Source of the DNA: Phyllobates terribilis
Lineage: Eukaryota
Assembly: GCF_046119375.1 (NCBI RefSeq)
Contig: NW_027362761.1
Span: 1,168,886,001-1,168,950,000 of the forward strand
Direction: 5' to 3'
DNA: 64,000 nucleotides
In this document: positions 1 to 31,792 of the stretch, in pieces
Layout: every line of letters starts with the position of its first letter
How positions within the stretch are numbered: position 1 is the stretch's first letter
The notes under the pieces: generated by a model
Told to the model about the DNA's origin: nothing
What the model saw: the letters and a program-made list of their open reading frames with translations, nothing else
Databases searched by the model: none
Made by a program: the position numbers and the translations under genes

Positions 1-160
1 ACTACTATGATTAGTATTTTTTTTTCTGAGAAACTGTCATATCAAGGATATTANNNNNNNNNNNNNNNNNNNNNNNNNNNNNNNNNNNNNNNNNNNNNNN
101 NNNNNNNNNNNNNNNNNNNNNNNNNNNNNNNNNNNNNNNNNNNNNNNNNNNNNTATATAT

Positions 161-1763
161 ATAGACCAAAAGTTTGGACACACCTTCTCATTTAAAGATT
201 TTTCTGTATTTTCATGACTATGAAAATTGTACATTCACACTGAAGGCATCAAAGCTATGAATTAACACATGTGGAATTATATACTTAACCAAAAAGTGTG
301 AAACAACTGAAAATATGTCTTATATTCTTCAAAGTAGCCACCTTTTGCTTTGATGACTGCTTTGCACACTCTTAGCATTCTCTTGATGAGCTTCAAGAGG
401 TAGTCACCGGAAATGGTTTTCACTTCACAGGTGTGCCCTGTCAGGTTTAATAAGTGGGATTTCTTGCCTTATAAATGGGGTTGGGACCATCAGTTGTGTT
501 GTGCAGAAGTCAGGTGGATACACAGCTGATAGTCCTACTGAATAGACTGTTAGAATTTGTATTATGGCAAGAAAAGAGCAGCTAAGTAAAGAAAAACGAG
601 TGGCCATCATTACTTTAAGAAATGAAGGTCAGTCAGTCCGAAAAATTGGGAAAACTTTGAAAGTGTCCCCAAGTGCAGTTGCAAAAACCATCAAGCACTA
701 CAAAGAAACTGGCTCACATGAGGACCGCCCCAGGAAAGGAAGACCAAGAGTCACCTCTGCTTCTGAGGATAAGTTTATCCGAGTCACCAGCCTCAGAAAT
801 CACAGGTTAACAGCAGCTCAGATTAGAGACCAGGTCAATGCCACACAGAGTTCTAGCAGCAGACACATCTCTTCAACAACTGTTAAGAGGAGACTTTGTG
901 CAGCAGGCCTTCATGGTAAAAGAGCTGCTAGGAAACCACGGCTAAGGACAGGCAACAAGCAGAAGAGACTTGTTTGGGCTAAAGAACACAAGGAATGGAC
1001 ATTAGACCAGTGGAAATCTGTGCTTTGTTCTGATAAGTCCAAATTTGAGATCTTTGGTTCCAACCACCGTGTCTTTGTGCGACGCAGAAAAGGTGAACGG
1101 ATGGACTCTATATGCCTGGTTCCCACCGTGAAGCATGGAGGAGGAGGTGTGATGGTGCGGGGGTGCTTTGCTGGTGACACTGTTGGGGATTTATTCAAAA
1201 TTGAAGGCATACTGAACCAGCATGGCTACCACAGCATCTTGCAGCGGCATGCTATTCCATCCGGTTTGCGTTTAGTTGGACCATAATTTATTTTTCAACA
1301 GGACAATGACCCCAAACACACCTCCAGGCTGTGTAAGGGCTATTTGACCAAGAAGGAGAGTGATGGGGTGCTACGCCAGATGACCTGGCCTCCACAGTCA
1401 CCAGACCTGAACCCAATCGAGATGGTTTGGGGTGAGCTGGACCGCAGAGTGAAGGCAAAAGGGCCAACAAGTGCTAAGCATCTCTGGGAACTCCTTCAAG
1501 ATTGTTGGAAGACCATTTCCGGTGACTACCTCTTGAAGCTCATCAAGAGAATGCCAAGAGGGTGCAAAGCAGTCATCGAAGCAAAAGGTGCCTACTTTGA
1601 AGAACCTAGAATATAAGACATATTTTCAGTTGTTTCACACTTTTTTGTTAAGTATATAATTCCACATGTGTTAATTCATAGTTTTGATGCCTTCAGTGTG
1701 AATGTACAATTTTCATAGTCATGAAAATACAGAAAAATCTTTAAATGAGAAGGTGTGTCCAAA
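161..1763 (+). mobile_element. Tc1/mariner DNA transposon, DD38E type (Intruder-like), ~200-bp TIRs
   Basis: Inverted repeats ~163-364 and ~1565-1763 (the right tip runs into Ns). Transposase at 564-1616 has paired-like HTH, GRPR, SD.SKF, PTVKHGGG, QQDNDPKH and PDLNPIE motifs. Confidence 0.93.
564..1616 (+). pseudogene. Tc1 transposase interrupted by one in-frame stop (TAA 1284-1286)
   Basis: ORF 564-1286 continues in the same frame after the stop (FIFQQDNDPKH...DLNPIEMVW) to 1616. There are 38 residues between the second D and the E. Confidence 0.9.
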
Positions 1764-2088
1764 NNNNNNNNNNNNNNNNNNNNNNNNNNNNNNNNNNNNN
1801 NNNNNNNNNNNNNNNNNNNNNNNNNNNNNNNNNNNNNNNNNNNNNNNNNNNNNNNNNNNNNNNNNNNNNNNNNNNNNNNNNNNNNNNNNNNNNNNNNNNN
1901 NNNNTATAATATAGATATATATAGATAATATCCTTGATATGACAGTTTCTCAGAACAAAAAAATACTAATCATACTAGTAAATGTTATAATGCCTTATTA
2001 TACCCCAGAAAATATTTGATTATATTAATCTGCATGACCTGTTAATTTTTATTTACTTCCAAGAATGAATATCCTATATATATCCTAT

Positions 2089-2503
2089 ATGCACAGCAGC
2101 ACTCCATTATGGCCAAAATACATAAAGACAATAAAAACGTTTGATTTAAACTGTGTTATTACTCAATGAACTTTACTTCCAAAAACGGAGGTTCTTAGCG
2201 TATGTGTGCCCATCAACCGCTAAATGGGCCCATTTAAATTGTAGGTGTTTCAGCCCAGTAGTGACATGTTCTGTCCAGAGTTATAGGCTTGTAGCCTAAG
2301 AGAGGCATGTAGGCAGAGTAGTACCCATCAGATGGGAGTTCACCTTGCAGCGGTTGATGGGCACACATGAATTGGCCAATTTATGCGCTAAGAACCTCCG
2401 TTTTTTTGTAAGTAAAGCTCATTGAGTAATAACATACAGTAGTTTAAATCAAATGTTTTTATTGTCTTTATGTATTTTGGCCATAATGGAGTGCTGCTGC
2501 GCT
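2089..2503. repeat. Foldback/MITE-like inverted repeat
   Basis: Arm ~2089-2221 (gcagcactccattatggccaaaatac...cccatcaaccgct) is the reverse complement of arm ~2348-2503, with a small insertion. Confidence 0.75.
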
Positions 2504-4585
2504 TTCTTTTTATATATATTATGCAGTTTCTGCAGCTTGCACCTGTTCACANNNNNNNNNNNNNNNNNNNNNNNNNNNNNNNNNNNNNNNNNNNNNNNNN
2601 NNNNNNNNNNNNNNNNNNNNNNNNNNNNNNNNNNNNNNNNNNNNNNNNNNNNNNNNNNNNNNNNNNNNNNNNNNNNNNNNNNNNNNNNNNNNNNNNNNNN
2701 NNNNNNNNNNNNNNNNNNNNNNNNNNNTGGTGTCTTAATTAGTAGGTAGAGATGGGATTTTTTCCTGAACGTAGCTGGACTGGAGCAAATCATGATGAGA
2801 GTTGAAGTTCTTTCCTTCCACAAAGTAACAAAACCCTCCCATACAAAAGAGAAACAATTATGACTCAAAAATCCAGTCTGAAGGCGCCATCTGCTGTTCA
2901 CATGAAATATGACAAGACTTGTGGCTGAAAGGTTTTGGCACCATCTTGTGTTGGCACAGATTATTACCATTTAATTTTGGAATAATAAATACTTTAACCC
3001 CTTTCTGACCCTGGGCATACTAATACGCATCTGCGCCCTGGGCCTTTTGGGCCAAATACGTATTAGTGTGGGGAAATCGCTGCCAGGTGTCAGCTGATTG
3101 TTACAGCTGACACCCAGTACTATGTGCAGGGAGCGGTCCCGCACCGCTCCCTGCACATTAACCCCAGAAATGCTGCGATCGAAGCATTGCGGAAGCAAAG
3201 GGGGTGGTACGCGCCAATACCGCCTCTCCAGCGTTCTGTGTCGTCTGAGTCCGGTCTCGAATGTTGTCATGGTGACCCGATGTCATCATGACAACATCCG
3301 GGTCACCAGGAGGCAAGAAGTTACTTTGGTCATGCGCAGTGCATGATCAAAGCAACTTCTCCCTGTGCAGCGCTGACTGCGGTTGCGTGACCCATCACAC
3401 AACTAAATGACGTCATGGAAGGTCCTTTTACACCATCTCGAGCCGCCGGGGAGCCAGGACGCACCATGGAGGAGACCGGGGTACCTCGGAGGGTGAGTAT
3501 AATGGTTTGGTTTTTTTTTACCATTTTTATTCCTTTTTTTAACTATTACTTGGTCACACTATATAAATCCATGCCGGTTGCATGGATTTATATCGTGTGA
3601 CCAAGTTGTCAAGTACCTTCCAAGTGATGCTAAAATCGCTTGGAAAGCGCTTGACAACCCGCATGTGGAATTGCAAGTGAAGAACGCTTCACATCCGCAT
3701 GTCCCTGGCAGGAAAAACGCATGTAAAATCTGCATGTACAATCCGCATGTACAATCCGCATGCGTTTCTCCTGCCAGGGAGAAGCGGAAAAAATATCCAG
3801 CATTTCTGCATCGTGGGCACATAGCCTAAAACAGTCCCACTAGTTAAACCCTTTAGTGAACACTGTAAAAAAAAAAAAAAAAAAACTAAGCAAAAAACGA
3901 TGCTTTATCATCATACCGCCAAACAAAAAATGGAATAAAATGAGATCAAAAAGACAAATATAAATAAAAATGGTACCGCTGAAAACATCATCTTGTCCCG
4001 CAAAAAACAAGCCGCCATACAGCTCCATCGGCAGGAAAATAAAAAAGTTATAAGTCTCAGAATAAAGCGATGCAAAAACAATTCTTTTTTCTATAAAATA
4101 CTTTTTATTGTCTAAAGCGCCAAAACATAAAAAAACGATATAAATGCGGCACCGCTGTAAATGTACTGACCCGAAGAATAAAGGTGCCTTATCAATTTTA
4201 CCACACGCAGAACGGCATAAAAACAAACAAACAAAAAAAAAAACAATCCCTGAATTGTTGGTTTTTGTTTATTCTGCCTCTCAAAGATCGGAATAGGAAG
4301 CGATCAAAAAGTGTCACATGCCTGAAAATGGTACCAATAAAAAAGTCAACTTGTCCTACAAAAAAACAAGCCGTCACATGACTGTCGGTCGGAATATGGA
4401 AAAATTATAGCTCTCAAAATATGGCGATGCAAAAACTAGTCTTTGCAAAAAAAAAGTTTTAGTGTGTGACAGCTGTCAATCATAAAAACCCGTTATCAAT
4501 CTGGTGTCTCCGTAATCGCACCGACCCGAAGAATCAAGTTATCGAATAACTTATACTGCACGAGGAACGGCGTAAAAAATAAACT

Positions 4586-4752
4586 CTAGGGTTAGGGTAG
4601 TGCAAGGGTTGAGCCAAGGTTAGGGTTGTGCTAGGGTTAGGGTTTCAGACAAGGTTAGGGTTTCAGCCAAGGTTAGGGTTGTGCTGGGGTTAGGGTTTCA
4701 GACAAGGTTAGGGTTGTGCTAGGGTTAGGGTTTCAGACAAGGTTAGGGTTGA
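4586..4752 (+). repeat. Degenerate TTAGGG-containing (telomere-like) repeat tract
   Basis: Repeated gggttagggtt motifs alternating with tgtgcta / ttcagacaa spacers. Confidence 0.7.
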
Positions 4753-4802
4753 GATTTTTTGAAAAGTAAAGTAAAAAAAAAAAATGATGACGATATGGCG
4801 AC

Positions 4803-5112
4803 TAATGTTGAGCGCAAGTGCTCGCTACTTGAGTTTGCATCGGGTGCTCGGGTATGCACCGTGTATAGCGGGTGCTGGAGTGACATGCTCGAGTCTCCAC
4901 CCCAAATGTTTTGCAGCTGTTATACAGCCAAAAAAACCTTGGGATTGCCTGCCATGCACGAGCGATCCCCGCATGTTTTTTTTTTGGGTGTCTAACAACC
5001 GTTAAACATGTGGGGCGGGGACTCGAGCATGTCACTCGAGCACCCGCGATACATGGTGCATACCAGAGTTCCCGATGCAAACTCAAAAAGCGAACACTTG
5101 CATTCAAGACTA
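4803..5112. mobile_element. Palindromic hAT-like MITE
   Basis: Arms taatgttgagcgcaagtgctcgc... and ...gcgaacacttgcattcaagacta are inverted over ~100 bp. Flanking 8-mers atggcgac / atgacaac look like a decayed TSD. Confidence 0.65.
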
Positions 5113-6538
5113 ATGACAACTTATTCAATATGATGACCTAATGTTATCAAACTCTGTGTCGTACCTCTGGGTTCAAAATGTTCACTATACCCCTTGATAA
5201 AATCCTTGAGGGGTGTAGTTTCCAAAATGAGGTCACTTGTGGGGGGTTTCCACTGTTTAGGCACATCATGGACTCTCTAAACGCGACATGGCGTCCACTA
5301 ATTATTCAAGCAAATGTTACATTCAAAAAGTAAATGGCGCTCCTTCCCTTCCGAACCCTGCCATATGCCCAAGCAGTGGTTTTCCCCCACATATGGGGTA
5401 TCGGCGTGCTCAGGAGAAATTGCACAACAGTTTTTACATTTCATTTTCTCCTCTTACCCTTGTGAAAATGCAAAATTGGGGGCTGAAAAACATTTTTGTT
5501 GGAAAAACGTGAAAATATTATTTTTATGGCTCAATGCTATAAACTTCTGTGAAGCACCTGGGGGTTCAAGGTGCTCACCACACATCTAGATAAGTTCCCT
5601 GAGGAGTCTAGTTTCCAAAACGGTGTCACTTGTGGGGGGTTTCCACTGTTTAGGCACATCAGGGTCTCTCCAAACGCAACATGGCGTCCGCTAATTATTC
5701 AAGCAAATTTTACATTCAAAAAGTCTAATGGCGCTCCTTCCCTTTCAAACCCTGCCATGCGCCCAAACAGTGGTTTTCTCCCACATATTGGGTATCGGCT
5801 TACTCAGGAGAGATTTCACAACAAATTTTGTGGTCCATTTTTTCCTGTTACCCCTGTGAAAATAAAAAAAATTTGGGTCTAAAGTAACATTTTTGTGAAA
5901 AAAGTTAAATGTTCATTTTTTTCTTCCCCATTCCAAAAATTCCTGTGAAGCACCTGAAGGGTTAATAAAGTTCTTGAAAGTGGTTTTGAGCACCTTGAGG
6001 GGTGCAGTTTTTAGAATGGTGTCACTTTGGGGTATTTTCTGCCATAAAGGCCCCTCAAAGTCACTTCAAATGTGATGTGGTCCCTAAAAAGAGGGATTTT
6101 TGGTACTCACCGTAAAATCTCTTTCTTGGAGCCTTCATTGGGGGACACAGGACCATGGGTGTATGCTGTTGTCACTAGGAGGCTGACACTATGCAAAAAA
6201 AGGAAAATAGCTCCTCCTCCGCAGTATGCACCCGCCTACAGGCACCAAGCTCACCAGTTAGTGGCTAGAGCAGTAGGAGAAGCACAAAATAACCAACTAT
6301 GTAATGCTCAACGGGGCACAACCGTGAAAAACTAAATGAGATGCCCAACAGGGCCAACAGGACATATGTCCAAAAACAGGGAGGGTGCTGTGTCCCCCAA
6401 TGAAGGCTCCAAGAAAGAGATTTTACGGTGAGTACCAAAAATCCCTCTCTCTCCATCGTTTCATTGGGGGACACAGGACCATGGGACGTCCCAAAGCAGT
6501 CCCCTGGGTGGGAGAACAGAAGATAATCACAGACTAAG

Positions 6539-7600
6539 TCAGACTTCGGCAACTTCCGCCTGCAGGACCTTCCGTCCGAGACTGGCATCAGCCGAAGAAT
6601 AAGTGTGGACCTTGTAAAACCTTGAAAAGGTGTGAAGATAAGACCACGTGGCGGCCTTACAGATTTGAGAAGCCGAAGCCTGATGGCGGACCGCCCAAGA
6701 GGCCGCCACCGCCCGGGTGGAGTGAGCCCTTACTCCAGGAGGGGGAGGTTTGCCCGAGATGCGATGTGCCTCCAAGATGGTCGAACGTATCCAACGGGCG
6801 ATGGTTGACTTGGAAGCAGGGAGACCCTTGCGATGCCCCTCAGGGATGACAAAAAGGGCATCCGAGCGCCGAAGGGAGAATGTTCTGGAAAGGTACACAC
6901 GTAGAGCTCTGACCAGGTCCAGTTTGTGCAGAGACTTCTCCCGTGGATGCACAGGAGCAGGGCAAAAGGAAGGAAAAACGATGTCCTCATTAATGTGAAA
7001 AGCGGAAACCACCTTTGGCAAAAAGGAAGGCACCGGCCTGAGCACTACTTTGTCTTGATGGAATACCAGAAAAGGTTACCGACAAGAGAGGGCTGAGAGT
7101 TCTGCGACCCTTCTAATAGAGGTAACAGCCACCAGAAAGGCCACCTTTTAGGAAAGGAGAGAGGCTGGAATGTCCTGAATGGGTTCAAATGGAGGCAGTT
7201 GTAGGACGCTTAGGACCATATTAAGGTCCCATGGTTCCACTGGAGGGCGATAGGGAGGCGCCAGGTGGGCCACCCCTTGTAGAAACGTCCTGACCTGAGG
7301 ACGGCTAGCTAAGTTACGTTGGAATAGAATGGACAAGGCCGAAACTTGGCCCTTGAGAGTGCGGAAAGATAGTCCCGCCTCTAGGCCAGACTGAAGAAAA
7401 GCCAAAATGACTGGCAAAGGAAAGGACATAGGAGTCAACTGATCTTGTTCGCAGTGACGAAAAAAGGCTCTCCAAGTTCTGTGGTATATGAGCGAGGTAG
7501 CGGGTTTTCTGGCGTTAATTAGGGTCTGAATGACATGGTCGGTAAAGCCCGCAGTCTTCAACACCGCGGCCTCAACGGCCATACCGTTAAATTCAGAGAA
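6539..7600 (-). pseudogene. DIRS tyrosine recombinase ORF (frameshifted near 7050-7150)
   Basis: N-terminal half is the end of ORF 7148-9397 (MAVEAAVL...ARKPATSLIYHRTWRAF). C-terminal half is ORF 6539-7045, with HSTR and the catalytic Tyr region. Confidence 0.85.
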
Positions 7601-9397
7601 CGAGAACTCTGATGAAGAATAGGACCCTGAGAGAGGAGGTCCGGACGGTCTGGTAGTCTCCAGGGGGAGTTGACAAGCAGATTTACCAGATCTGCGTACC
7701 AGACGCGTCTGGGCCAATCTGGGGCTACTAGGAGAACTGGTACTCCCTCTGTCTTGACCTTTTTGATGACTCGAGGGATCAAAGGTAGAGGTGGAAAGAG
7801 ATAGGGCAGTTGGAACTGTGACCATGATATGACTAGCGCGTCCTGGGCGATTGCTAGCGGATCGCGGGACCGAGCTACAAAAGGACGGAACCTTGTGGTT
7901 TAACCGGGACGCCATGAGGTCGACGTCCGGCGTGCCCCACCGTAAGAAGATTTGGTGAAACACCTCGGGATGGAGAGACCATTCTCCTGAGGCGAGGCCC
8001 TGCCGACTGAGAAAGTCGGCCGCCCAGTTGTTGACCCCTGGAATGTGGACTGCTGAGATTGCCGGGACAATCTTCTCGGCCCAAAGTAGCACTTTTGCCA
8101 CTTCTTTTAAACGGGCTTGCTGCGCGTTCCTCCCTGGTGTTTTATGTATGCCACGGCCGTGGCATTGTCCGATTGTACACGGACTGAGAACCCTGCCAGG
8201 ATCTTCTGCCAGTGACGCAACGCCAGGTAAATCGCTCTTCTCTCCAGAATGCTGATGGGGACGGAGACTTCGTGGGGACTCCACCAACCCTGGACCGTGT
8301 GTTGTAGAAAAACTGCCCCCCAACCGATGAGACTGGCATCGGTCGTGACCACCTGCCAGCGAAGCGGAAGGAATGATCTCCCGGGTCTGAAGGAAGAGGG
8401 GCGGGACCACCAGGTTAGCGACCGTCTTACTTGACGAGGTAACTTGATGCGTCGATCTAGAGATGACGGATTCATGTCCCAAGTTGAGAGAAGGGCTAGT
8501 TGAAGAGACCGGGTATGGAACTGGGCAAACGGAATTGCCTCCATGGCTGCTACCATCTTTCCCAGGACACTCATGCATAGGCGAAGGGAGTGTGGACTTG
8601 GGTCGGAGAGGATGTGGATTCCTTGTCGTAGGGAGTTTATCTTTTCCCTCGGAAGGAGGACCCGGGCACGGGTCGTGTCGAACTGCATCCATAGGAAGGT
8701 TAAGCGTTGGGATGGGACCAGAGAGGATTTGTCCGTGTTGATTAGCCAGCCTAACCGGGAGAGAGTGTTCAAGGTGATCTGGAGACTGTGGAGACAGTCC
8801 CTGAACGTGGGGCCTTTGATTAACAGGTCGTCGAGGTAGGGGATGATTACAATTCCCCTTGTTCGAAGAATGGCCATCACTGTAGCCATCACCTTTGTGA
8901 AAACCCTCGGGGCTGTGGCGAGGCCGAAGGGGAGGGCAGTGAACTGGTAATGCGCGTTCCTGAAGGAAAAGCGAAGGAACCTCTGATGTGACGCGCAGAT
9001 TGGGATGTGAAGGTACCCATCCTGAATGTCCACTGAACATAAGATATTCCCCGGCCTTCATCGAGGCGATTACCGACCTGAGGGACTCCATCCTGAGCTG
9101 TCGGATGCGTACATGTCGATTTAGCTGTTTGAGGTCCAGAATCGGACGTAGTGAGCCGTCCTTTTTTGGGACAACGAAGACATTTGAGTAAAAACCGTAA
9201 AACCTTTCCTGAACGGGAACGGGGATTATGACTCCTGAGCGTAGAAGAGAAGTGATGGCTTGGAGGAAACCGGGAAGCAGAGATGGTTGTGGGGGCGGGA
9301 CCTGAGAAAACGTAATCGTGGGCTGGAGTCGAACTCTATTTTGTAGCCGGAAGTCACAATTTCTTTGACCCAGGCATCCTCTATTGCCGGGAGCCAA
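7558..9397 (-). pseudogene. DIRS pol (RT, RNase H, MT-like), several frameshifts
   Basis: Motifs are split across ORFs 7148-9397 (YSNVFVVPKKDGSLRPILDLK), 8107-9033 (YLDD) and 7558-7782 (LLVAPDWPRRVWY). Confidence 0.88.
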
Positions 9398-11944
9398 GAA
9401 TCTGTGAACAGAAGGAGACGGCCGCCCACCCTGGGAGAAGTCCCAGGTGGGAGTGACCCGTCATGTTGAGGAAAACCTGTTGGATCGAGATCGTGATCCA
9501 GAGGACTTGGAGGAGCAACTCTTTGGGCGCCAGTTAGGCGTGGGCCTAAAGGAGGGTTTACGACTGTCCCGCTGTGCTGGAGTACGGTTCTGTTGAGAGG
9601 AGGGGTTCGGTTGAGCGAACTGACGAAAGGACCGGAACTGAAGGGGGCGTCTCCTAGGAAAAGGGCGTTTGGGTCTGGGCTGGGGGAGAGAGGTGCTCTT
9701 ACCCCCAGTAGCATCAGAGATGATCTGATCTAGCTTGGATCCAAACAGCCTGGAACCTTGAAAAGGAAGATTAGTTAGAGATCTTTTGGAGAGGGACGGA
9801 CTGAGGGCTCCCTGGGTTTGGGCATATGTGCCTGACCAGGGATACTGCAGAGGAGGGCGCTGTGAGCAGGGAGGGTGGGGGTCTGTGTCAGGACAGAGCC
9901 TACCCGATCCTGTAGAGAAGTGGTCCCGTGTCCCCCTGAAGGCTCCGAAGGTGAGGCTGGAGCAGGTCAATAGGTGGCGACGGAGCAGGGAGCTGCGTCT
10001 GCCAGAGTGATGGCGTAGGTGCAGCGGACGCATCTTTGATGATGGAGTGCGACGAGGCTCCGATAGGCAGATGGAAGGGGGGCGGGCTTGAGAGGCCCCC
10101 CGATGATAGGTCCGCAGAGAGCACGAGGGCGTGACGGAAGCGTCACTATGCTCCTCGGCCCTGGTTGGTCAAAAAGAAGGGGGCGTATAGCCGTCGGAGC
10201 GGGACCGCCCACCGGACACGCCCCCCCCCGACGGGGAGAAGCGCAGCAGATTAGCTACGCATTATGAAGGAGGAGGAAGTGGCCCAGGGAAGCGCTGTTA
10301 AGCGCCATGTTTGGTGAGAGGGTGAGGGGTGAGGGAGGCATGTAACGCCGGGGGACTGGGACCTGTAGGTAAAAGCAGGGAAGTACCTCTCTTAGTGGGT
10401 CCGGGGATCGTCCTTCCGTTCTCCTTCTGAGGATGGTCTCAGGATGCCTTCCTGGATAGGAGGGGGGATCCTGGCTTTTCCTCCTTCCCGCACTGTCCGG
10501 TCCTGGACAGTGCCGGAGACGGTGTCAACCCCAGAAAAACTGGGGGAAGGTCACCCGCAGGGACCACCGTCTCCCTCCCAGGCCGCTCCAAGGAGGGGGC
10601 TGGGGTGGGGAACAGGCTAGGACTGGCCACCGAAATCACCCTGAGACACCCTAAGGTGACAGGGGAAAAGTCCGGCCCAGCGGGTCCGAGAGTGGGCGAT
10701 GTGGGGGTAGCCACATTGCTCTCTCGGGCGCTAGTGGGTTAACAGGGGACGCAGTGTTCCCTGTTAGCCTGAAGAGCTGTATCTGAAAGAGAAAAAACAA
10801 GGATTAATAAACACAACAAGGTTGGATCAGTGAAGATCCAGGTCCACCTCCTACAGACACTAAGCTTAAACTGGTGAGCCTGGTGCCTGTAGGCGGGTGC
10901 ATACTGCGGAGGAGGAGCCATTTTCCTTTTTTTGCCTAGTGTCAACCTCCCAGCGACAGCAGCATACACCTATGGTCCTGTGTCCCCCGATGAAGAGATA
11001 GAGAAAAATGGTTTTGTAAATTTTGTTGGAAAAATGAGAAATCGCTGGTCAACTTAACCCTTATAGCTCCCTAACAAAAAAAAAATTTTGGTTCCAAAAT
11101 TGTGCTGATGTAAAGTAGACATGTGGGAAATGTTATTTATTAACTCTTTTGTGTGACATATCTCTCTGATTTAAGGGCATGAAATTTAAAATTTCAAAAA
11201 TTGCGAAATTTTCACAATTTTCGCCAAACTTCTGTTTTTTCACAAATAAACGCAAGTCATATCGAAGAAATTTTACCACAATCATGAAGTATAATATGTC
11301 ACGAAAAAACATTCTCAGAATCAGGAGGATCCGTTGAAGCGTTCCAGAGTAATTACCTCATAAAGTGACAGTGGTCAGAATTGTAAAAATTGGCCCGGTC
11401 ATTAACGTGCAAACCACCCTGGGGGGTAAAGGGGTTAATAATACTGACATTTTCACACAACTTCATCCTATTTAATATGTAATCTGAAATATAGATCCTA
11501 AGTTAAACACTTTATGTAAAGATAATGTTATATTATCCCTGAAAAATCACTCCAAAGTGTCGCCAACTAAACGTCCGTCCCTTGTCTTACTCGCTGTACT
11601 CCACCATTTTTCCGTCTTTAGCAGCAGAGGCACCAAGACGGATTACAGGAATAGAGAAAAAGCTGCTAAATTCTCAAAAACAAAATTAATAATACACTGC
11701 AGCAAACGGAGGACAAAAGAGAGTATTTGTCTCTTTCTCTAAAGAGGTGTGGGTGGTTCTGTCTCCCTGCGCTTCTGTCTGTCACACTGCATTAAGGCAG
11801 GCGAGGCATTGAACAATGACAAGTACAATGCATATTTAGAAGGAATAAAGAAAAAAAAAGGAAGCTCCAGCACCTTCAGTGCTGGCAGAATGCTGATGAC
11901 ACCTGAATGAAAAAGAGTGGATAGGAAGTTACACGACATCCTAC

Positions 11945-21103
<9,159 letters not shown>

Positions 21104-21389
21104 GGTGCGGAGTGCGAGCTCTGAGGCCACCGCTCTCAGCCACACGTGTAGGACCCGGAAGCGGAATATTCCACTGAGCAACCAGGATGGGGGTGGCAAT
21201 GTGGACGGGGTAGCGGAACCTCAATGCCACCCGCTGCGCTGTATGTTACTGCAGTGTATAATCTGCACATTACCGCATATCTGTGTGTTCTGTAATAGGA
21301 CGACGCCGGGATACAGGATGCAGCTCGGTATAACATAAGAGCGGCTCCCCCTTTCTTGTTGGTACAGTCCGGTCGCGGACCCTGACAAC
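21104..21389. promoter_or_regulatory. Bidirectional promoter between the POLR1A and MRPL35 start codons (286 bp)
   Basis: Divergent ATGs at 21103 (-) and 21390 (+). GC/CpG-rich, with E-box CACGTG at 21143-21148 and tandem ETS/GABP-type CCGGAAGCGGAA at 21155-21166. Confidence 0.8.
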
Positions 21390-31770
<10,381 letters not shown>

Positions 31771-31792
31771 ACCTGGACCTTACTAAATGTGT

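Larger units (their letters stand above)
6088..11006 (-). mobile_element. DIRS1-type tyrosine-recombinase retrotransposon, full-length, frameshifted
   Basis: Inverted terminal repeats (~6137-6260 vs ~10870-10995) and an internal complementary region (~6389-6485) matching both ends. Contains RT (8107-9033: DIQDGY, LPFGL..APRVFTK, YLDD), RNase H (TTDAS..GWGA, SDNATAV), a methyltransferase-like domain (DVDLMAS, YLFPP) and a tyrosine recombinase (RRVAEL; HSTR; HTFSRFY). Both ends lie in A/T runs with no TSD. Confidence 0.93.
2998..11434. mobile_element. TTAA-bounded non-autonomous element (piggyBac-like ends), interrupted by DIRS and MITEs
   Basis: TTAA|CCCCTTT at 2994-3004 and AAAGGGG|TTAA at 11428-11438. 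Internal ~390-bp tandem duplication (units begin ~5216 and ~5608). Host sequence rejoins across the DIRS (gtggtccctaaaaa...aaatggttttgtaaa). No ORF; pairing of the two ends is inferred. Confidence 0.55.

Noticed and set aside
2449-2970. 173-aa ORF and other ORFs crossing N-runs
   Set aside because: Their length is an artefact of Ns; no recognisable protein.
4586-4752. True interstitial telomere or chromosome fusion scar
   Set aside because: Short, degenerate, interspersed with non-telomeric spacers and embedded in a repeat element.
1-11944. POLR1A exon 10 and later
   Set aside because: No segment resembling KLYNIWIRLQSHVNI was found. The AG-preceded candidate near 11892 hits a stop and lies inside a repeat. 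The exon is probably left of the window or in an N-run.
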